From Chromera velia (taxonomy: Eukaryota): a stretch of DNA of 49,658 bases. The stretch lies in assembly GCA_018398765.1 (NCBI GenBank), contig JAHBMJ010000298.1:1-49658 (forward strand), written 5' to 3'. Below the pieces are notes generated by a model. It saw nothing but the letters and a program-made list of their open reading frames with translations. It had not been told where the DNA came from and ran no database searches. Positions within the stretch are counted from its first letter, which is position 1, and the number at the start of each line of letters is the position of its first letter. This document shows positions 43,005 to 49,658 of this stretch, in pieces. Made by a program: the position numbers and the translations under genes.

Positions 43005-44219
43005 TCTCCGTTCTCTTCGATTCAGTGGGCTAAAAAAAGAAGGGCATGAGATCGTAACACTGTCAAGAAGAAGGATGTGTGCTCACTTTGTTAAGTTCTT
43101 GTCGCTTTGGTGTCCGGCCTCCAAACAGCAAGTAGGCACAGGTTGTGCCTATAAAATTTGCTGGCACTGCCCATGCCTTAGCCGAATTGGCGGTACGCGG
43201 CATGCCGCGAGGCATGACCCCCGCGTGTACTCATAGTGTGCCTCTCCCTTTAATTGTGCCTATCGTGTTCAGGGTGCATTTTGCCTCTTCTATGCAGCAT
43301 TTCTTTTCTTTCTAGGGACCAGCCCTCTCAAGCCCTCTGCTACATTCTGCTACAAGCCCCTTCTTTTTCTCCCTTTTATTTTAATCCTTTGATCATAATA
43401 TCATTTCTTAGCTTCTACCTCTGTTCTACGCTGTATCTGCTCTTGCAATCTACAGCTATCTGCATCTACCTTTCTGTTTCCCGCCCTCAGCTTACGTTTC
43501 TTCTCTTTCAGCCTTCAGCTGGCAGTATCAGCCATTCACTTGTCTCCCTCCGCTTTCAGCCCTCACTTGAATGTATTAGAATGCGTGTACCTCCACTTCG
43601 GTGGCACAGTCTTTCTTCTCCTACCATCTGCCTCCGTCTTTCTGTCTTCTGCCCTCAGGTCTTTTTCCTTTTTCTTCAGCCGCTTATGGAGGCATATTAC
43701 GATGCAGGGCGGCGCATGGTATGACATGGTGTGGCACACGGCTTGGCCAATGAGAAAGTTACTGCCGATTACAGCCGAGAATTGCCCTCGGCTTAAGTCA
43801 ACCCGATCCAACTGAGAAAATAAGACCCTTTCAAGTTGAATCAAACCTAACTGTCGAAGCTGCTAAATACTAATCATAATACTGATCAACAAACTATTTA
43901 TTTAAAACGGTTTGATCGCTTAAAGATGGCAAACTTATCTTTAATCTTCATGATTAGTTTCAAAAGTATTCAGAGGGGTCTCTATATAATAGATTCAAAC
44001 TTAAATTTCGGAGTTACGATTTATTTTGTATTATCTTTGATAATTACTGATGATTGAGGGTAATAGTGATTGAGAGTTTTGTTTTGAGGATAATTGAAGA
44101 ATTTGTTATGTAAGTCGCGTCCCCATATATGAGGATCAAGCGGATCTAGCCTAGTCAGTATAATATCATATGATTGTCTCTAAGTACAGACTCATCGGTT
44201 TTAGCCTTACTGGGCCCCA

Positions 44220-44710
44220 GCATGCCGCAAGAGCGTAGCGGAGGCGGCATAGTGCATGATAGTGCATGAGAGCATGCAGTGAATTGCGCGGAGCTTTCAC
44301 ACATGCATGCAGCCTTAATAGCTCTGGAAAGTGAAGTAGGGGGTACTTACAAAACAGAAATACCCCAGCCCACGCATGCATGCAGTGTTTTTCACCAAAA
44401 ACCCGGCCCCGAAAGGCTGAATTTGGGTCACGCGTGCGTCAGATGGGTTTCAGATTCATGCTTACACCGGCCTTTTTTCTCACGGGGGGGGAGTTCCGCG
44501 GCTTTTCCCGCGGGGGAGGTTGGCACGACTGCCCGTGCGGTCGACTGGCCGGCCGGCATGCGTTAATCGTGTAGTGTTCTCATTTTTCTTGCTTTCCGGG
44601 GCCGTTTGCAAGCTTGCTTGCGTCAGATTTCGGCCGGGCGTGAATGGCCCTGGAAAGCGAAGTGGGGGGCACTTACCAAACAATCCCCTGAGCCCACGTA
44701 TGCATGCAGC
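44220..44710. promoter_or_regulatory. Cluster of TGCATGCA/GCATG boxes in a GC-rich island
   Basis: TGCATGCA at 44304, 44377 and 44701, plus several GCATG half-sites in 44220-44280 and at 44556. AT-rich DNA on both sides. Confidence 0.45.
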
Positions 44711-45448
44711 GACCTCCCTGAACCTAATGTTCACTTGAAAAAAAAATATCAAAATCGTTCGCGCCTGCGGCACGGCCAATCAAGTCTATCCAAATTTGCG
44801 GCCTAGCAAATCTCATTCAAAGAATATTAAAAAAAAAATGAAAAATAATAACGTATAAATAAATCGATATATTGCTTTTAAAATACTATTCATGCCTAGG
44901 TTTCGTACATATCATCAGTATGTTGGAATTGCGGTTGCTCGTTTGGTATGTCAGGATTGGGAGTGTGCGCATTGGTACTGCGGCTTGTGCCAGGACGATT
45001 TTAAATTGTGCGCGCGACCGATCGTTCACGGGGTGGTGTTTGAGCCATGCCGAGATTTATTGATTTTTCGTGCCGTACGTGTATTTGGCATCGAATTGGC
45101 ATGCATCCGTCTATCTATACATGCATACTGAGATACGGGCATGTGAGATTTCGAGTAGAAGGACTGCTCTTCTACTGAACACAGTGCTGCCGCCTACTAG
45201 CACAGTGCGGAGACGGTTAGGACATATGTTACAGCTGTCTAAAGTAACGCGATTTCTAAGGTAACACTAATTGTACCTGTTTTTGAGGCAGCGTTTGGCC
45301 AAGAACTCAAGATTTTCACGATACACCTGTAGGCAATTGTCTTACCTTCAGGGGCAAGGTGTGCTTTGTTTCGTAAGCAGAACTGTAGGCAGAAAGGTAG
45401 ACACTCTCCTGGAAGTCCGCTTGAAAGTAGGATCTGTAGCTTTGCGCA

Positions 45449-45826
45449 ATGAGTGGACAGTGGGACGACGAGTTGGGAGCACTGCCAGCCATTCCGGTGG
45501 ACAGGGAGGCAGCCCTCCAGATGCGTGGGCAGGCGGGTTCCACGCAGGGAAGGAGAAAGGCAGTTGTGGTGGAGATGAGGGATGGAGAGAACATGCAGGC
45601 GGCGCTGGAGAGGGCAAGGGCGGGGTTGGCGGCACAAGTGATGGACGTGTATGACTTCCAGGGAGGAGGTGGTGCAAAGAGCCTGCTTCTGCAGGCGATA
45701 CCCAAGAACCAGATGAAGCAGATCGAGGCCGTGGATAAGAACTCCTGTCTGCATGAGTTTACGTGCATGGTGGCGAGGTCTGTTGATACGAACCTAGGGT
45801 ATTTCACTTTGATGGAGGTGTACTAG
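45449..45826 (+). CDS. Hypothetical protein, 125 aa
   Basis: ATG-started GC-rich ORF with strong third-position G/C bias, ending where AT-rich DNA begins. Confidence 0.4.
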   Translation: MSGQWDDELGALPAIPVDREAALQMRGQAGSTQGRRKAVVVEMRDGENMQAALERARAGLAAQVMDVYDFQGGGGAKSLLLQAIPKNQMKQIEAVDKNSCLHEFTCMVARSVDTNLGYFTLMEVY

Positions 45827-46472
45827 GTTTTATAGTAGAAAACCTTACAAAAAAACAGTTTTTAAACATTTTTTCAAATAGATTCCTAACCCAATTTTGC
45901 TAAAAAGTCATTTGAACACATAATCACATGTAAAATCCTTGGTTCGGCAAGGTTATATTAGGTTAAGGGTAGGTTTAGGGGCTGTTGCCAATGAAGGTTC
46001 GGACACAAGGTTATAGAACCTTCATTTTAACGTTGTCATCTTTTGAAACCTGCTTAAACCTGCCAATACCAGTATTAACATAGTATAAACCAGCCTCAAA
46101 CTGTTCAAAACAAACTTAAAACTGATGATTTGACTCTTCAAAACTGTTATTGAGACACCTCGTCTCGGTAAGCCAGGCAATCATGCACACGGGAAAAACA
46201 TCGTCAAATTTCAACAAATTTGCGATGGAGCATTCAAGCTGGCAGACAAATGGAATCAGGGACAACAGAGAAAAGAGTGTGATGGCAATAAAAGATCGAA
46301 AGCAGAAAGGTGCTGTGGCTGTTCAAGAGAGCCCTTTTCTTAGCTTTCCTCCCTCATGTCTTCTCTGCTTAGCCCTCTACTGTCTCACTTGTAACCACAG
46401 AGCCCGAGCTCTCCTCCTTCGCTCCCCTACGTCCCTCTGCTGCACTCACGCTGCTAGTGATCTTAGTCTGTT

Positions 46473-46922
46473 TTGCCAGAGAGGGGGGACTATTCTGTTG
46501 GGGTAGGGGACGTTGTTACTTGCAGGTGGGAAAGCAGTGATAGCAGTATGGAAGAGTGGTTTGTCAGCAAAGTTTTGGACTTAATTGATCCATCTGATGT
46601 GCACCCAACAACAAAAAAAGGAAGAAGTTTGGGGGTATCTCGGATTGCCCTTGTTGAAGAGAATGCCACATTTTCCACTCGTATCATTTCATATGAACGG
46701 GTTTCTTCTTCAGATGACACAACAGAGTTCAAACCGCTTTTATTCCGTCGCACGTTAATGCCGAGAACTGACGACACACCCCTTTCTGCTGTTTTTTTCT
46801 GGTTGCATTCGGCAGTTTTGGTTGGGGGGGGGGTAACAGTGAATAACGACGAGCTTGCTCGCGCAGAAAGTCAGTTTAATGATATGATTGAGCGTGAAAG
46901 TGATAAAAAGGATGAAAACTGA
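46473..46922 (+). CDS. Hypothetical terminal exon
   Basis: Pyrimidine tract plus ttttgccag acceptor at 46479, then 147 open codons (VGDVVTCRW...EEWFVSKVLDL). Confidence 0.35.
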   Translation: MPERGDYSVGVGDVVTCRWESSDSSMEEWFVSKVLDLIDPSDVHPTTKKGRSLGVSRIALVEENATFSTRIISYERVSSSDDTTEFKPLLFRRTLMPRTDDTPLSAVFFWLHSAVLVGGGVTVNNDELARAESQFNDMIERESDKKDEN

Positions 46923-47252
46923 AGGAGAGTTGAGTCATATGGTTTTGAAATCATGTCTGCTGGTGTTAATGAAGTGATTTGAAGCAGGTTGTACCAGGTT
47001 ACATAAGGTTTAGGTAGGTTAAGTGTTAGGTTACATAACGATGTTTTACTGCTCTTAGAACCATAAGTGGCAACATGATGAAAACCGTAAATAACCATCA
47101 TAAATCATGATGTTACAACTCTTTTTTTAAGTTTATGAAGGTTCTTTTAGGTAAAGAACCACATTGAGCATACTTTTAGATGTCTAGAGTGTTTTACATA
47201 CTTGAAGGGGGGGGTATAAAATTAATTTTTATTATTTTTTTTTTTTCAGTAA

Positions 47253-49658
47253 AATACCCTAGATGCGAACAAGCTCTGGCACCCGTCCTTTCAGTTTAAA
47301 CTGGACGGGAGGACCCCAAATCCGGCATACTCACCCGGACTAGCATTCGTCAGGGAGGCGACGATATCCGGGGCTCACTTCGGATGTGACTTCCTCGATA
47401 TCTTCTTGAAGGGGCCCTTCAGGGCTTTGAAGAGGGAGATGTACCCGGCAGGAGGGGTGGGGCAGAAGGAGTTCGAAGGAGCGGTGGAGGCAATGGTGAA
47501 TGAGATTGGTGGGAAGTACATCAGCTTCCATAGGCTGGTGGACTTCATTTTCATGATGCTCCCTAGTGGGGAGTCGGGGGAGAGGATGATTAGGGGGATA
47601 GTGAAGGCCTGCAGGGCTTCGTCTCCGCTGCAGTTCACAAATCATGTGACTGCATTAGCGAGACAGTGGGAGCTTCGGGCCCAGGGGACGGGGTCGGGTG
47701 GGCTGCCGAGAGGCCTGACACCAACGGCTCCACTCGAGGGGGGTGCAGAGATGGGCGTGGGCGGGAGTACAAGTGTAAGTCTGAATCGGCACACAGACGT
47801 GAGGAAGGGCAGTTCAACAACGATGGCCGCAGCAGTAGTAGCAGGAGGGGGGGGAGGCTATCTGGTTCCCCCACCAGCAGGTCCTCAGGTGCCTATCGTG
47901 ATCGTGGGGGAGGACGTGGCCCAGCCGGGCGCAGATTAAGACATGCCACAGGCAATGGGGGGGGTAAGTATCACGGGGTTGGAGGGATTTGCGGCAGCTG
48001 CCGCCGCACCTGGGGCGAGACCCCTGTCTGCTAAGAGGAGGAGAGAACAAGTGGATGAAGGGGATGGGGGCGTGAATGGGGGGGGGAATGGAGGAGGGGC
48101 GGTGGATGTAAAGAGCAGAGGGACTGGAGGGGACAGATCGGGGTTTGTCTCCCCAGTGAACATGACACCTAGGCATGTCGAACAGCCTGGGAATGTACTT
48201 CGGGGCTTAGGCCTTGAACCCCCGGGGAGAGGATCCGGTGACAGGATCTCCTTTGGCAATCTGCTGAAGGAGGCACCGGTGTTCAGGGATGGGGAGATGC
48301 AAGCAGTCGTCGAGTCGTCGAAGCTGATAAAAATCGGTATCGAGGGCGTAGAAGAGAGTGTGGCGAGGAGGGATCTGGTGCAGTTCCTTGCTGACTGCGG
48401 GGTGGGCAACATTCCAGATGATGCGGACATCCAGGCCCTCGTGTTTGGGGTAGCGTTGGCCCTATGGAAAGGAAAGGGCGGCCAAGGCGGTGCTTGACTG
48501 GAGGATCAGGGTACGATTTCGGAGCGACCTAATCAAGTAAGCTTTGACATATCGTTCTCCATAAATGGGATTAATTCATTCATTGACTGGTTGGAAAGGA
48601 AAATTGACTCTGTGCGTGATCGGTTGTTGGCTGACAGAGGAGTGAGGGGTTTTGGGAGAAACGCTGTGACTGAGAGATGCAGGGAGGAAGTATCCAAACG
48701 TATGTTAGCGATGGCAGGATTGAGGATGTTTCTTGCTTGTACCGGGGAACATGAAATGCAATCTTGTCCCGTATGTGGGTCGCGAGTTTGTGACTGCGAT
48801 TGTGTACTCTCCGTCTCGCTGCATATGCATGCTTCGGTTCCGCCATCATACTCACTCACTGTTTCCCCCCCGTCTCCACATAAGAAAGAGGACCCTGCTG
48901 CAAGGGAACGCACAGTCTTTAGGGCAGGGATGAAAAAGAGGGTGTTGCGTCGGCTCTTGCTATTGCATTGCATAACAGCGGATCTTTTTCTTAATCTGTC
49001 GGATTCAAAGTTTTCTGTCTTTTTGAGGGGCTTCAAGAGGGGCTGCAGGTAGCACTGGGATCATGCAGACTTCACGGCAGGGAAACTCATCTATATGGTT
49101 TGGTCTCTATAGGTACATGGGTTTTATTTGGGGAGTACGGTGGGCTTTGTGATGGATAGGTTCATTCAGCATCTTTATGCGGCAGGAAGGGGGGTGGGGG
49201 GTAGGGTTAGTGGAAAAAGGAACGCGTCAGGAAGGGGGTATGCACATCGATTTTACTCAACTCTCTCTGTAAATAACGGGAGGCATGGATTGTTTGTGGT
49301 TACGCCACTGGTCGTTATTGTAAGGTCCCAGATGGAATTGCGATATGCGGAGATGGCCTGCATTCGATCGTACATGCCGAAGTAGAATACGGTGGGAGTG
49401 AGAAGGAGAGTGAAAGGCGACTTTAGCTGGAGGTTCAAATCCGACTGCATGGACAGAGAGGTGACAGGGGGGGTTGGGGGGGATGGGGCTTTGAGGAGGT
49501 CGGAAAGGTTGGCTTCCGGACGTAGAGGTGTTTCGATCTGCTCGGACAAGCTGTCGGAATTCCTTGCGGTTAGGAGGAGGATTACGGTGGCGATGGTGAG
49601 CCGAGGAGGGACTGCGTTCTCCCGTGCTGCTTGTTTGTCTGCTGTGGGGGGGTTTGGG
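47253..49658 (+). pseudogene. ~800-codon single-frame ORF remnant containing a GIY-YIG endonuclease domain; runs off the window
   Basis: ORFs 47406, 47943, 48591 and 49128 share one frame broken by 5 stops (47937 TAA, 48495 TGA, 49050/49110/49383 TAG). 49080-49391 reads GKLIYMVWSL*VHGFYLGSTVGFVMDRFIQH...ELRYAEMACIRSYMPK*N, matching the GIY-YIG pattern IY..Y(I/L)G.T..R...H..E...I....P..N. Confidence 0.7.

Noticed and set aside
45940..47040. Telomeric repeats (ggtttaggg-like at ~45950-45980 and ~47005-47035)
   Set aside because: Only isolated degenerate AGGTT units, with no tandem array.

Overview
Eukaryotic, intron-rich, repeat-dense protist DNA. GT-AG introns stuffed with (CA)n/(GA)n microsatellites and TGCATGCA boxes suggest a chromerid alveolate such as Chromera velia (inference only). 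Only one gene can be assembled intact: a six-exon minus-strand gene (23673-28723, 1021 aa) for an uncharacterised protein. The rest is mobile-element debris and ORFs broken mostly by in-frame stops: an EnSpm/CACTA-type (CMC) transposase remnant, a GIY-YIG endonuclease remnant running off the right edge, and several hypothetical pseudogenes. The main observation is two related ~3.4-3.5 kb insertions (740-4144 and 32319-35860). Both have 5'-AAC...GTT-3' ends, different 4-bp target duplications (ATCT, CAAG), homologous subterminal motifs at near-identical offsets, and a ladder of hairpins leading to a palindrome apex ~1.7 kb from the left end. The first is a single 3.4-kb palindrome with a 4-nt loop. 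All alignments were done by eye and no searches were run.
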